Shown in pieces: positions 27,422-36,620 of a DNA stretch of 64,000 nucleotides (the first letter of the stretch is position 1; each line of letters opens with the position of its first letter). This DNA is from Candidatus Omnitrophota bacterium. GTDB lineage: Bacteria; Omnitrophota; Gorgyraeia; JABMRN01; RBG-13-46-9. The translations under genes were made by a program, and so were the position numbers. Under the pieces are notes generated by a model. That model did no database searches. It was not told where the DNA came from and saw only the letters and a list, made by a program, of their open reading frames with translations. The stretch is from the NCBI GenBank assembly GCA_013203315.1, contig JABMQJ010000012.1, forward strand, positions 10,468 to 74,467, given 5' to 3'.

Positions 27422-29116
27422 ATGGCAAAAAAGCAGAAAAAGTCCCTCGGTGAGAGCCTCGTGGACGAAGGTATCATAACTCAGGATCAGCTGAAACAGG
27501 CGCAGGCAGAAGAGAAGCGCGTGGGTCAGCGTTTACGTAAAGTGCTTGTTAAGATGGGGTTGATTGACGAAGGGGATCTCGTATCTTTTTTAAGCGACAA
27601 GTTGGGTGTGCCCAGGATAGAGCTTGGTAATTATTTGATTGACGCGAAGATAATTGATTTGGTGCCCGAGGCGCTGGCCAGAAAACACGAACTTATTCCT
27701 GTATTTAAAATTGGGGATCGCCTTACGTGCGCGATGCTTGATCCATGGAACATATTTGCGCTTGATGAGGTAAGAATGAAAACGCATTTAACGGTTGAGC
27801 CTGCTGTGGCGACAGAAGGCGAGATAAAGAAGGCCCTTAATCAATATTACAGCGCAAGGGGCAACATGGAAGACCTTATAAAAACTTTAGACCAAAAAGA
27901 CCTGGGATTAGGAGAGGGTAAAGAAATCGACGCTAAAAAGCTACAGGGAATAGTGGAGGAGCCCATAGTAATAAGGCTTGTTAACATGATTATTTCAAAG
28001 GCCGTGCAGGAAAGGGCCAGTGACATTCACATTGAACCGGAAGAGAGCGTTCTTAAAACGCGATACAGGGTAGACGGCATGCTGCATGAAGCGCCGTCTC
28101 CGCCCAAGCACCTTCAATCTGCGGTGATATCGAGAATTAAAATAATGGCGGATCTCGATATTGCTGAAAGAAGGAAACCGCAGGATGGGCGTTTCAGCAT
28201 TAAAATGGAAGGTAAACAGATAGATGTTCGCGTATCCTGTATCCCCACCATATACGGAGAAAACGTTGTTTTGCGGCTTCTGGATACTTCGAGCACGCTT
28301 ATTAGCTTGAAAGACATGGGATTCTCTAAAGAAGTGCTGGAAAAATACGAGAAGCTTGTCACGAGGCCGCATGGAATAATTCTTGTTACCGGGCCTACCG
28401 GAAGCGGAAAAACTACGACACTCTACGCCTCGCTCGATAAAATAAACACGGTGGAGAAAAATATCATAACAATTGAGGACCCGGTTGAATACAAGCTCGA
28501 AGGGATAAGGCAGACCCAGGTAAACCCCAAGGTTGACCTTACGTTTGCCAACGGACTCCGCTCTATACTGCGGCAAGATCCGGACATAATAATGGTAGGT
28601 GAAATGAGGGACTTCGAGACAGCTGAGATTGCAATTCAGGCGGCGTTAACGGGCCACCTTGTTTTCTCAACGCTTCACACCAATGACGCCCCGGGCGCGG
28701 TGACACGAATGATCGATATGCGAGTCGAGACATTTCTTGTATCGTCTTCGGTAATTGGCGTGTTGGCCCAGAGGCTTGTAAGAACAATATGCCTTGCGTG
28801 CAAGGAAAAATATCAGCCGACAAAAGAAGAGTTGAAAGATATAGGGCTCACGGGTGATGAGAAAATAGATTTCTATAGAGGCAAGGGTTGCGATAAATGC
28901 ATGAAAACAGGCTACAAGGGTAGAATCGGTATTTTTGAACTTATGATGGTGGATGACGAGATAAAGAACTTAATCATTGCGAAAACAACAGCCGAGGAGA
29001 TTAGGAAAAATGCCCTTTCAAAAGGAATGATATCATTGCAGGACGACGGAATCGAGAAAATAAAACAAGGACGTACAACAGTAGAGGAAGTTCTGCGCGT
29101 AACCCAGGAGGAATAA
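27422..29116 (+). CDS. pilB: Type IV pilus / T2SS assembly ATPase (PilB/GspE) with an N-terminal MshEN-like domain
   Basis: ASDIHIEP, PQDGRF, GPTGSGKTT, TIEDPVE, LRQDPD, STLHTN, CxxC...CxxC. ATG 27422 follows AAGGAG. Confidence 0.92.
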   Translation: MAKKQKKSLGESLVDEGIITQDQLKQAQAEEKRVGQRLRKVLVKMGLIDEGDLVSFLSDKLGVPRIELGNYLIDAKIIDLVPEALARKHELIPVFKIGDRLTCAMLDPWNIFALDEVRMKTHLTVEPAVATEGEIKKALNQYYSARGNMEDLIKTLDQKDLGLGEGKEIDAKKLQGIVEEPIVIRLVNMIISKAVQERASDIHIEPEESVLKTRYRVDGMLHEAPSPPKHLQSAVISRIKIMADLDIAERRKPQDGRFSIKMEGKQIDVRVSCIPTIYGENVVLRLLDTSSTLISLKDMGFSKEVLEKYEKLVTRPHGIILVTGPTGSGKTTTLYASLDKINTVEKNIITIEDPVEYKLEGIRQTQVNPKVDLTFANGLRSILRQDPDIIMVGEMRDFETAEIAIQAALTGHLVFSTLHTNDAPGAVTRMIDMRVETFLVSSSVIGVLAQRLVRTICLACKEKYQPTKEELKDIGLTGDEKIDFYRGKGCDKCMKTGYKGRIGIFELMMVDDEIKNLIIAKTTAEEIRKNALSKGMISLQDDGIEKIKQGRTTVEEVLRVTQEE

Positions 29117-30336
29117 TGCCTATATATACGTACAAAGCCCGAGACACGATGGGCAAATCAGTGCGAGGCAAGATGGAGGTTGATACCAAAGCCGAACTTA
29201 TCGATAGGCTGCACAAAATGGGCTATATGACGACGCAGGTGACAGAGGCCCGTTCCACCGGTGACCTTAACATCGAAACCCTACTCGACAAGATAAGACC
29301 CGTAGGCACTGAGCACATGCTCATGTTTTATGTTCAGCTTTCAAATATGATCAGCGCCGGTATACCTATTTTAACCTGTTTAGATACGCTCAGTAATCAG
29401 ATTGAAAATAAGAAATTGAAAGACGCTGTTGGTAGTATTGCCAGAAGCGTCGGCGGAGGGGAAAGCCTTTCAAAGGCATTCAGGGACCAGCCCCGGGTAT
29501 TCCCGCAACTCTTTTCCAATATGGTAAAAGCCGGAGAAGTCAGCGGAAAACTGGATACAGTATCGGTAAAATTTGCCGAATATTTCGAACACCAGGAAGA
29601 CCTGCGCCAAAAAATAAGGAGCGCGCTTTTCTACCCCATGATACTTTTGGTGGCAGGCGTAGCCGTTATGCTTTTTATAGTAACCTTTATCATACCGCTG
29701 TTTGCCCAGATTTTTGCAAAAAGCGGCATAGCCTTACCGGCCCCGACACTCCTGCTTTTAAAAATTGGCCTTTCAATTAAGCATTTCTGGTATTTAGGCA
29801 TTCTGGCTTTCGTCGGATGTTTTTTAGTGGTTAAATTTTACATAAATACTGAAATTGGACGGCTTAATTTCGATAAACTAAAATTGAAAATACCCATAAT
29901 CGGATCGTTGCATCGCAGGGCAGCGCTCGCCAGCTTTACAAGGACCCTGGGGACCCTTACAGATAGCGGGGTTCCTATTCTCGAATCCCTGGATATCACA
30001 AAGTCAGTAATGGGAAACGAGGTGCTGTCCCGTGTTATTGCCAACGCGCGTAGCGCGGTTGAAAAAGGGGAGAAATTATCCGGGCCGCTTAAGATAAGCG
30101 AAGAGTTTCCGCCTGATGCTGTCCAGATGATTTCAGTAGGAGAGGAAACAGGTAATCTGGATACAATGCTGAATAAGGTCGCGGATTTTTATGACATGTC
30201 AGTGGGGTACTCCATAAAAAAACTGACAACCGTGATTGAGCCCCTGTTTTTAGTTATCATGGGTAGCCTTATAGGATTTATCATGATCTCCATACTTTTG
30301 CCGATGTTTGACATGATAAAGGTTATTAAGCATTAG
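29116..30336 (+). CDS. pilC: Type IV pilus / T2SS platform protein (PilC/GspF)
   Basis: MPIYTYKARD, AGEVSGKLD, SALFYP, VGEETGNLD, IEP; two GspF repeats. Confidence 0.93.
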   Translation: MPIYTYKARDTMGKSVRGKMEVDTKAELIDRLHKMGYMTTQVTEARSTGDLNIETLLDKIRPVGTEHMLMFYVQLSNMISAGIPILTCLDTLSNQIENKKLKDAVGSIARSVGGGESLSKAFRDQPRVFPQLFSNMVKAGEVSGKLDTVSVKFAEYFEHQEDLRQKIRSALFYPMILLVAGVAVMLFIVTFIIPLFAQIFAKSGIALPAPTLLLLKIGLSIKHFWYLGILAFVGCFLVVKFYINTEIGRLNFDKLKLKIPIIGSLHRRAALASFTRTLGTLTDSGVPILESLDITKSVMGNEVLSRVIANARSAVEKGEKLSGPLKISEEFPPDAVQMISVGEETGNLDTMLNKVADFYDMSVGYSIKKLTTVIEPLFLVIMGSLIGFIMISILLPMFDMIKVIKH

Positions 30337-30345
30337 AAAGAGGGG

Positions 30346-30564
30346 GTGGCGAAAATGGAAGTATTTCTAGGTATTGCTTCAATATTTTTTCTTATTTTTG
30401 GCGCGATGCTTTTGCTTTCACCGAATATCGTTGAACGAATTTCCAAAGCGACAAATAAGGTGCTTTTTAATCTGGATGACAAAATACAGTCTACGAGAAG
30501 ACCCCTGGGAATTCTGCTATTGGCAATATCGATTTTTTTATGGTATACTGCGCTACATAAGTAA
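30346..30564 (+). CDS. Small two-TM membrane protein
   Basis: 72-aa ORF with two hydrophobic segments and a purine-rich RBS, filling the pilC-pilin gap. Confidence 0.7.
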   Translation: MAKMEVFLGIASIFFLIFGAMLLLSPNIVERISKATNKVLFNLDDKIQSTRRPLGILLLAISIFLWYTALHK

Positions 30565-30579
30565 AAAAGGAGGCCAGGG

Positions 30580-31038
30580 ATGATGAAGAAGAAAGGTTTT
30601 ACACTGATTGAGCTTTTAATTGTGATAGCGGTTATTTCTATCCTGATTGGTATCGCGCTTCCGCGTTTCAGGGGCATGCAGGAAGAGGGTTTGGTTGCGC
30701 AGGCCAAGGGAGAGTTAAGGACGCTCCAAACAGCCATAGAAAGTTACTATATCCACAATAGCAGCGCCTATCCGACAGATAGTGCTACCTGGCAATCAGA
30801 TACAGATAGCCTTACCACTGCTACCCCGCTAATAGTAGGTACGGCTTTAATTGATCCGTTTTCCAGTGCAGGGGCGCAATATCAGCTGGTGTATGATACA
30901 AATACGGCTTATTATGCTATGTATTCAGTGGGTCCGGGCGGCACCGGGAGCGTTACCGCAGTTAGCACTGCCGGCGGTGTTACTGATACACCCAACTGCA
31001 TTTATGTTTCGAACGGAGAAAGAGACACGACGCCATAA
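30580..31038 (+). CDS. Major type IV pilin / GspG-like pseudopilin
   Basis: Class III signal KKKG|FTLIELLIVIAVISIL; strong AGGAGG RBS. Confidence 0.9.
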   Translation: MMKKKGFTLIELLIVIAVISILIGIALPRFRGMQEEGLVAQAKGELRTLQTAIESYYIHNSSAYPTDSATWQSDTDSLTTATPLIVGTALIDPFSSAGAQYQLVYDTNTAYYAMYSVGPGGTGSVTAVSTAGGVTDTPNCIYVSNGERDTTP

Positions 31039-31054
31039 TTTAAAGAGGGTACTT

Positions 31055-31411
31055 GTGAAAAATAATGGCTTTACCTTGCTGGAAATCCTTATGGCTATCG
31101 TACTTTTTACGGGAAGCGTTAGCCTTATTGTGATGCTTTTCGCGAACGCTTTGGTTGCCAGCACTGATGCTGAAAATACGACAATCGCCATGAACTTAGC
31201 GCAAGGAAAAATGGAAGAGGTACGAAACCTTTCCTTCGCCAGCATTGCAGATGAAGCCAAGGCCGCCGTAACCGGTTTTACCGGATTTCAGAGAGAGGTT
31301 GCGGTGACAACGTCCGAAACAGACCTAAAGCAGGTAACGGTTACAACATACTGGACATATAAAGGCGGTGAAGTAGAAGTGCCGCTCGTAACCTATATTA
31401 GCAAAAATTAA
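31055..31411 (+). CDS. Minor pilin (PilV/GspI-like)
   Basis: GTG 31055 after GAGGG; KNNG|FTLLEIL, AMNLAQGKMEE, VTVTTYW. Confidence 0.85.
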   Translation: MKNNGFTLLEILMAIVLFTGSVSLIVMLFANALVASTDAENTTIAMNLAQGKMEEVRNLSFASIADEAKAAVTGFTGFQREVAVTTSETDLKQVTVTTYWTYKGGEVEVPLVTYISKN

Positions 31412-31412
31412 A

Positions 31413-31931
31413 ATGAAAAAGGGAATCACGTTAATCGAGCTTATTATTAGCGTAACTCTTTTTTTAATACTTGGTAGCGTTGTTCTTTGGGTTTTTGTAG
31501 TGGGTTTAAGATCTTGGGATTCGGGTCTGAATAGGGCTAACATACGCCAGAGTGTCAATGTAGCGCTTGAGAGGATGACGCGGGAGCTCGGCCAGGCAAG
31601 CGAGGTTACTCAAGCCAAAGCCGGTAACATTACGTTTCAGGCAGATTTAGACGAGAATGGCACCGTGGAAACCATAACGTTTGATGTTACAAATGCCGAT
31701 AACCTGGAGCGCACCGAGAGTGGCCGAGACATTCTTATGGTTAGCAATGTGCAAGACTTTACACTGGGTTATTATCTGGAATCGGGCAATGACACTCTTT
31801 TAAGCTCTGTTAATTCTCCTGCTAACCGGGATACTATACGGGTTGTTGTTATATCAATTACCGTAAGCGAAGGTGACGAAACGCTTACATTTAGCACAAG
31901 CGCTTATACACGAAATCAGTCAAATGATTAA
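31413..31931 (+). CDS. Minor pilin (PilW/GspJ-like)
   Basis: MKKG|ITLIELII, ALERMTREL. Confidence 0.85.
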   Translation: MKKGITLIELIISVTLFLILGSVVLWVFVVGLRSWDSGLNRANIRQSVNVALERMTRELGQASEVTQAKAGNITFQADLDENGTVETITFDVTNADNLERTESGRDILMVSNVQDFTLGYYLESGNDTLLSSVNSPANRDTIRVVVISITVSEGDETLTFSTSAYTRNQSND

Positions 31932-32724
31932 AAGAGAAAAAGGCGCGATTTTAATAATGGTTTTTGTTGTTATGGTTGCTCTAAGCGGTGTGGCATTTGC
32001 TTTTTTGACAATGATTAGCCAGGAGACAAAGAGTGCGGGAACGGGACTCCTAAATATGCAAGCATTTTATATAGCGGAAGCAGGCCGCGCAAAGGCGAGG
32101 TGGGCACTTACTACAGACGGGCAAACTGCCGGTGTCTGGGGTGAATCCGATACTTCCCTGGGAGAGGGGACGTATAACGTTACTACTGTTGATAATGGTG
32201 ATGGTACAATCACTATTACATCAGATGGGTATATCCCCGATGACACCAGTCCACTCATAATGAGAAGGGTTTTAGAGAAAGATATAACTACGGTTTCCGG
32301 TTCATCTAATAATCTTGCTTTAGACGCCATAGCCTCGGATTCATCTACATTTGGCGGTAATGTTGCCGCAAATGCCAACGACGACAATAGTTCTACGAGA
32401 TGGCGCTCAGGTGTTAATGGCAATTCGCAGCTTCAATTAGATTTTGGAAGCGCAACAGAATTCGATAAGGTTGTGTTTGACGAAAGGCAATTTAGTTCAT
32501 ATGCAGTGCAATATTCAAGTAATGCTAGCACGTGGAATTCGGTGACTGGTGCGACTACAACAGTAGCCGGAAATGTGACTACGGTTACTTTTGATGGGGT
32601 TACAGTCAGATATGTGAGACTTGACATTAATGGTAATAGACCGTCGGTATATGAATTTGAAACATATCTAACAACTGCAACAGGCATCGGGCTCGAAAGA
32701 GGCGAATTCGCTACTTCCTGGTAG
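31924..32724 (+). CDS. PilX/GspK-like minor pilin carrying an F5/8 type C (discoidin/CBM32-like) domain
   Basis: KG|AILIMV (no Glu5), QAFYIAEAG PilX motif; NLAL..AS.SS...A.D.NSSTRWRS...LQLDFG...YAVQYS....W...RYVRL...SVYEFE. Confidence 0.82.
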   Translation: MIKREKGAILIMVFVVMVALSGVAFAFLTMISQETKSAGTGLLNMQAFYIAEAGRAKARWALTTDGQTAGVWGESDTSLGEGTYNVTTVDNGDGTITITSDGYIPDDTSPLIMRRVLEKDITTVSGSSNNLALDAIASDSSTFGGNVAANANDDNSSTRWRSGVNGNSQLQLDFGSATEFDKVVFDERQFSSYAVQYSSNASTWNSVTGATTTVAGNVTTVTFDGVTVRYVRLDINGNRPSVYEFETYLTTATGIGLERGEFATSW

Positions 32725-32725
32725 C

Positions 32726-34330
32726 ATGAAGGGTATAATGGGATTTATTGCATTTTTTAAAAAAGATTACATAGTTGGAATAGACATAGGAACCTCGTCT
32801 GTAAAAATCGCGCAATTTAAAGAAACGGAATACGGGTTAAATCTTGTCAGGGCAGAGTTGCGGGAGTTTAAGCCAACCGTTGACAAGGCCATTTACGAAA
32901 AAGAAGTTTTATCCGCGCTCAAGGCCTTATTTAAAGGTATAGACACCAAAAAATCTCAAATCATCGCACATATAAATTGCCCCATGACAACCGTGAAGAC
33001 TCTTAAGGCGCCCTATATGCCAAAATCAGAATTGCGCGAAGGCATAAAACTGGAGGTAAAGAATTATTTCCCGTTTCCGATAGATGATTCCCTCTTGGAT
33101 TTTGAAATACTGGGCGATGTCGTAGAAAAGGGCGTGAGAAAATATGAAGTAGCGGTAGCGGTCTCACCCGCTATGACAGTTGACAAGTATTTGGCGCTAC
33201 TTAATAAAGCAGGAATTAAGCCCGCTTCTTTTGTCCCCTGCCCGTATGCCCTGCAGAAATTAGCAGAACAGTTACCACAAAAGGGAGAAGGCGCTACAAC
33301 GTGTTTTGTCGATATAGGCGAAATTCATACGGAACTTGTAATTTTAAAAGGCAAAACGTTAATGTTCAGCCGCAAAATTCCTGTTGCCGGAAAGGATTTT
33401 ACAAAAGCCATGACAGGGGTCCTTGTCTCCGATAGAGGAAAGACCGAACTTAGTATAGATGAGGCGGAAAAAATAAAGCGTGAAACAGGTATTCCGGAAG
33501 TCGCCGAAGAGAAAATTATAGATAATAAAATTTCTACCACGCAGATCTCATCAATGCTTCGGACACCGCTTGAGCAGTTTGTAAGCGAGATGGAAAGGTG
33601 TTTTGATTATTACAGAGAAGAAACCGGTGGCGGGAAAATAGATTCTGTTGTGTTGTTCGGCGCCGGCGCATCTTTGACGGGCTTTATCAAGTTTCTGTCC
33701 GAAGAGTTAGGTATAGAGGTTAAGTTGGGAGACCCTACCGAAGGAATCAGGTGCGAAAAGGATGCGATTCCGGAAAGAGACAAAAATTCTTATAGGCTGG
33801 ATCTGGCGATAGGCGCAGCTTTGGGCCGGGCCAGGGGCATAAATCTTCTTCCTCCTGAAATTAAAGAAGCAACAAAAAAGGTTGTTACGCGCGGGACAAT
33901 TGAAGCAGTTGCTACGGCGGTAATACTCGTATCGCTACTCCTTTATATAGGAATGAGAATACAAATCGGAAATTTTGATAAAAGAATTTCAGTAGCAAAA
34001 CTGGAACTAGCTAGCTTACAACCCGCGCTCAAAAAAGCCGAAGCCCACCACGCGGCAAATATGGTTCTGGTAGATGAGCCGCACTGGGAAGATGTTTTCA
34101 GAGAATTGGCTAATCTCATACCGAAAGATACCCATCTTACAAATGTTAGCATGAGAGATAGCGTGATTACCATGAAAGGCATTGTAGCCGCCGAGGATGG
34201 CGAAAGCCATCTCTCGGAGTTCATGCTTACGCTTGAACGAGGAATATTTAAGAACGTAAAACTTGTAAAGACAAGAGATTTAAGCGATAAATCAGGTAAT
34301 GAATTTGAGCTTGAGTGTCAGGTAGATTGA
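32726..34330 (+). CDS. pilM: PilM-PilN fusion (type IV pilus alignment complex)
   Basis: VGIDIGTSSVKI actin-like fold, VDIG, then the INLLP PilN motif, a TM, a coiled coil and a periplasmic domain in one ORF. Confidence 0.85.
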   Translation: MKGIMGFIAFFKKDYIVGIDIGTSSVKIAQFKETEYGLNLVRAELREFKPTVDKAIYEKEVLSALKALFKGIDTKKSQIIAHINCPMTTVKTLKAPYMPKSELREGIKLEVKNYFPFPIDDSLLDFEILGDVVEKGVRKYEVAVAVSPAMTVDKYLALLNKAGIKPASFVPCPYALQKLAEQLPQKGEGATTCFVDIGEIHTELVILKGKTLMFSRKIPVAGKDFTKAMTGVLVSDRGKTELSIDEAEKIKRETGIPEVAEEKIIDNKISTTQISSMLRTPLEQFVSEMERCFDYYREETGGGKIDSVVLFGAGASLTGFIKFLSEELGIEVKLGDPTEGIRCEKDAIPERDKNSYRLDLAIGAALGRARGINLLPPEIKEATKKVVTRGTIEAVATAVILVSLLLYIGMRIQIGNFDKRISVAKLELASLQPALKKAEAHHAANMVLVDEPHWEDVFRELANLIPKDTHLTNVSMRDSVITMKGIVAAEDGESHLSEFMLTLERGIFKNVKLVKTRDLSDKSGNEFELECQVD

Positions 34331-34349
34331 AGTAGCAACAAGGGGAGAC

Positions 34350-34877
34350 ATGATAAAAATAGGAAATATTGAAATAACGCCGGAAAAAAAGATTATTGCG
34401 ATAATTACGGCAGTTTTAGTTTTGGCAATAACAATATACGTTATTTTCTTCGCTCCGCTTTTTGTAAAACTAAAAATAAAATTTTCCGAATACATGGCAA
34501 TTGAGCATGAGGTGCGCCAATACAGGAGCATTATAGAGTCTGCAGGAAAAGTATATAGCGAGAGAACCCTTCAGAGTGAAGAAGACGTTTCGCGCTCAAT
34601 AGACGAGCTGGCCAAACACGGAAAAGTAAAAGATGTGAAATTTATCTCCATAAATCCTGAAAAAGTCGTAAGGAAAGAAGATACGCAGTATAAGGTATTA
34701 CCTGTTGAGATGGAACTCGAGTCTACATATGCGGGCCTCGGAGTATTCCTGGGGTCACTGGATGACCTGGAAAAGACCCTGGTTAAGGTAAAGAGTTTTA
34801 ACATTTCTCATGATAAAAATGATCCAACGAAATTTATAACGGATCTTGAAGTAGAAGTATACCTCTCGGAGAAATAA
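34350..34877 (+). CDS. pilO: PilO/GspM-like protein
   Basis: One TM, coiled coil, YKVLPVEMELESTYAGLGVFLGSL; follows pilMN. Confidence 0.75.
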   Translation: MIKIGNIEITPEKKIIAIITAVLVLAITIYVIFFAPLFVKLKIKFSEYMAIEHEVRQYRSIIESAGKVYSERTLQSEEDVSRSIDELAKHGKVKDVKFISINPEKVVRKEDTQYKVLPVEMELESTYAGLGVFLGSLDDLEKTLVKVKSFNISHDKNDPTKFITDLEVEVYLSEK

Positions 34878-34878
34878 C

Positions 34879-35310
34879 ATGAAAAATAAAAAGCTCGTCG
34901 TATTAATTATATTGGGAATCGGCGCTATATTAAGCCTAATTTACGGCATAACCACGCCTTCGCGTGGAAAAAGGAGCGCTGCTACCTCCCGCAAGCCTCA
35001 GGAAGCGGTAACCCAGGATAACACGGCGCAACATGCAAGCAAAATCGTTCCCACCGCGCGTCGCGCAAAAAAAACAGAGTTTACTACCTGGAAAAGAAAT
35101 CCGTTTACCCCGACGGGCGTTCCCGGCACATCATCTTCCGCGCTTACCCTGGGTGGTATAATGTGGCAGGAGGTAAGCCCTAAGGCCATGGTCAGTAATG
35201 AAATCGTTGGAATAGGCGACAAAGTCGGTGGGTATAAGGTAATCGACATAAAAAAAGATCGTGTTGTTCTAAGCGATGGCAAAGAAAACCACACCCTCTA
35301 TCTTAAATAA
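34879..35310 (+). CDS. PilP/GspC-like protein
   Basis: N-terminal TM, RNPF motif, LGGIMW...AMV.NEIV.IGD.V.G.KVIDI..DRVVL beta domain. Confidence 0.7.
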   Translation: MKNKKLVVLIILGIGAILSLIYGITTPSRGKRSAATSRKPQEAVTQDNTAQHASKIVPTARRAKKTEFTTWKRNPFTPTGVPGTSSSALTLGGIMWQEVSPKAMVSNEIVGIGDKVGGYKVIDIKKDRVVLSDGKENHTLYLK

Positions 35311-36620
35311 TGCCTAACAAGCTAAAAAGAACAGGGACCAGAAACAAACGTATCAGCGCACGGGATAAATTTCTTAAGGGTATCCACCAAAAAAACCGCC
35401 AAGTGCTTGAGAAGAGCCTGTTTGAGCTCACCGCTGCATATAATATAGGAAGAGAAGCCTCTTACGCAGCCGATTTACGGAATTGTCTCAAGATTCTTGT
35501 GGACGGCATTGCGGATTTGATGTCTGTTGAAATCGTATCGGTTATGCTAATGGATAGATATGAAGAGGGGCTTGTATTGGAATTCTCCAAGGGCCTGGGT
35601 AATGAAATAACCAAAGAAAAAGTGCGGTTGGGCCACGGTATTGCGGGCTGGATTGCCCAGACCGGGGAAGCGTTACTAATTAAAGATATAAAAAAGGATG
35701 TAAGATTTTCGAGGCGCGGGGGCAAATATTATACGGATTCACTCCTGAGCGTGCCGCTCAAAATAAACAAGAAAGTTATCGGCGTAATAAACGTAAATAA
35801 TAAGGTAACGAGAGATATTTTTGAAGAAGAAGACATGGATGTACTGAGGAAGGTTGCGGGCCTTGCGGCAGCGGCCATTGAAAGCGCCAGGCTTCAGGAG
35901 GAGGCAGTGGCGCGCGACGAGACGCGGCTTGAATTCATATCAAATATTTCGCACGAATTACGCACGCCACTTTCCTGTATAAACGAGGGCGTGTCCCTGG
36001 TTTTAGACGGAGTAACGGGCAAGATAAACAGTAAGCAAAAAGAGTTTCTGGCCTCGGTAAAGAATAACATTGAACGCCTGAAGCGCCTTGTCAGTGAACT
36101 GCTGGAGCTGGCCAAGGTAGAGTCGCGGATTACACGAATGAGAAGGAGCCTTTTTGATGTGGTGCAATTGATAGAAGGGGTTGTTGCCTCAATGGGGCCC
36201 CTCGTAAAAGACAAAAAGATTTCGCTTAAAAAGACGTTGCCCGATAAAAATATTCAGATCTGGGCAGATCCGGATAAACTGAGCCAGGTTCTTACCAATT
36301 TGATTGATAACGCCATGAAGTATAATAAACCCAAGGGCATCGTGGAGGTCAGTATGGATGAGTCAGCCAAGACTGTTAATATCAATATACGCGACACAGG
36401 CATTGGCATACCGGAAGAAGATATAAAAAAGATTTTTGACAGATTTTACCGCGTAGAGGCCTCGGCAAAAAGCAAAACCCGCGGCGCCGGGATAGGCTTG
36501 TCGATTATAAACGAAATCATAAAAAAGCACAGGGGAAACATTTCTGTCGATTCCGAGGTTGGCAAGGGAAGCAGATTTACCGTAACGCTGCCGAAGGACC
36601 TGAGGGCGGAAAATAGATAA
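35310..36620 (+). CDS. Cytoplasmic GAF-domain histidine kinase
   Basis: GHGIAGWIA, SLLSVPL, IGVINVNNK, F..ED GAF motifs; SHELRTPL, NLIDNAMKY, GAGIGL. Confidence 0.92.
   Translation: MPNKLKRTGTRNKRISARDKFLKGIHQKNRQVLEKSLFELTAAYNIGREASYAADLRNCLKILVDGIADLMSVEIVSVMLMDRYEEGLVLEFSKGLGNEITKEKVRLGHGIAGWIAQTGEALLIKDIKKDVRFSRRGGKYYTDSLLSVPLKINKKVIGVINVNNKVTRDIFEEEDMDVLRKVAGLAAAAIESARLQEEAVARDETRLEFISNISHELRTPLSCINEGVSLVLDGVTGKINSKQKEFLASVKNNIERLKRLVSELLELAKVESRITRMRRSLFDVVQLIEGVVASMGPLVKDKKISLKKTLPDKNIQIWADPDKLSQVLTNLIDNAMKYNKPKGIVEVSMDESAKTVNINIRDTGIGIPEEDIKKIFDRFYRVEASAKSKTRGAGIGLSIINEIIKKHRGNISVDSEVGKGSRFTVTLPKDLRAENR

Noticed and set aside
30851-31054. N-terminal extension of the PilV-like ORF
   Set aside because: It overlaps the major pilin; the class III signal and RBS point to GTG 31055.
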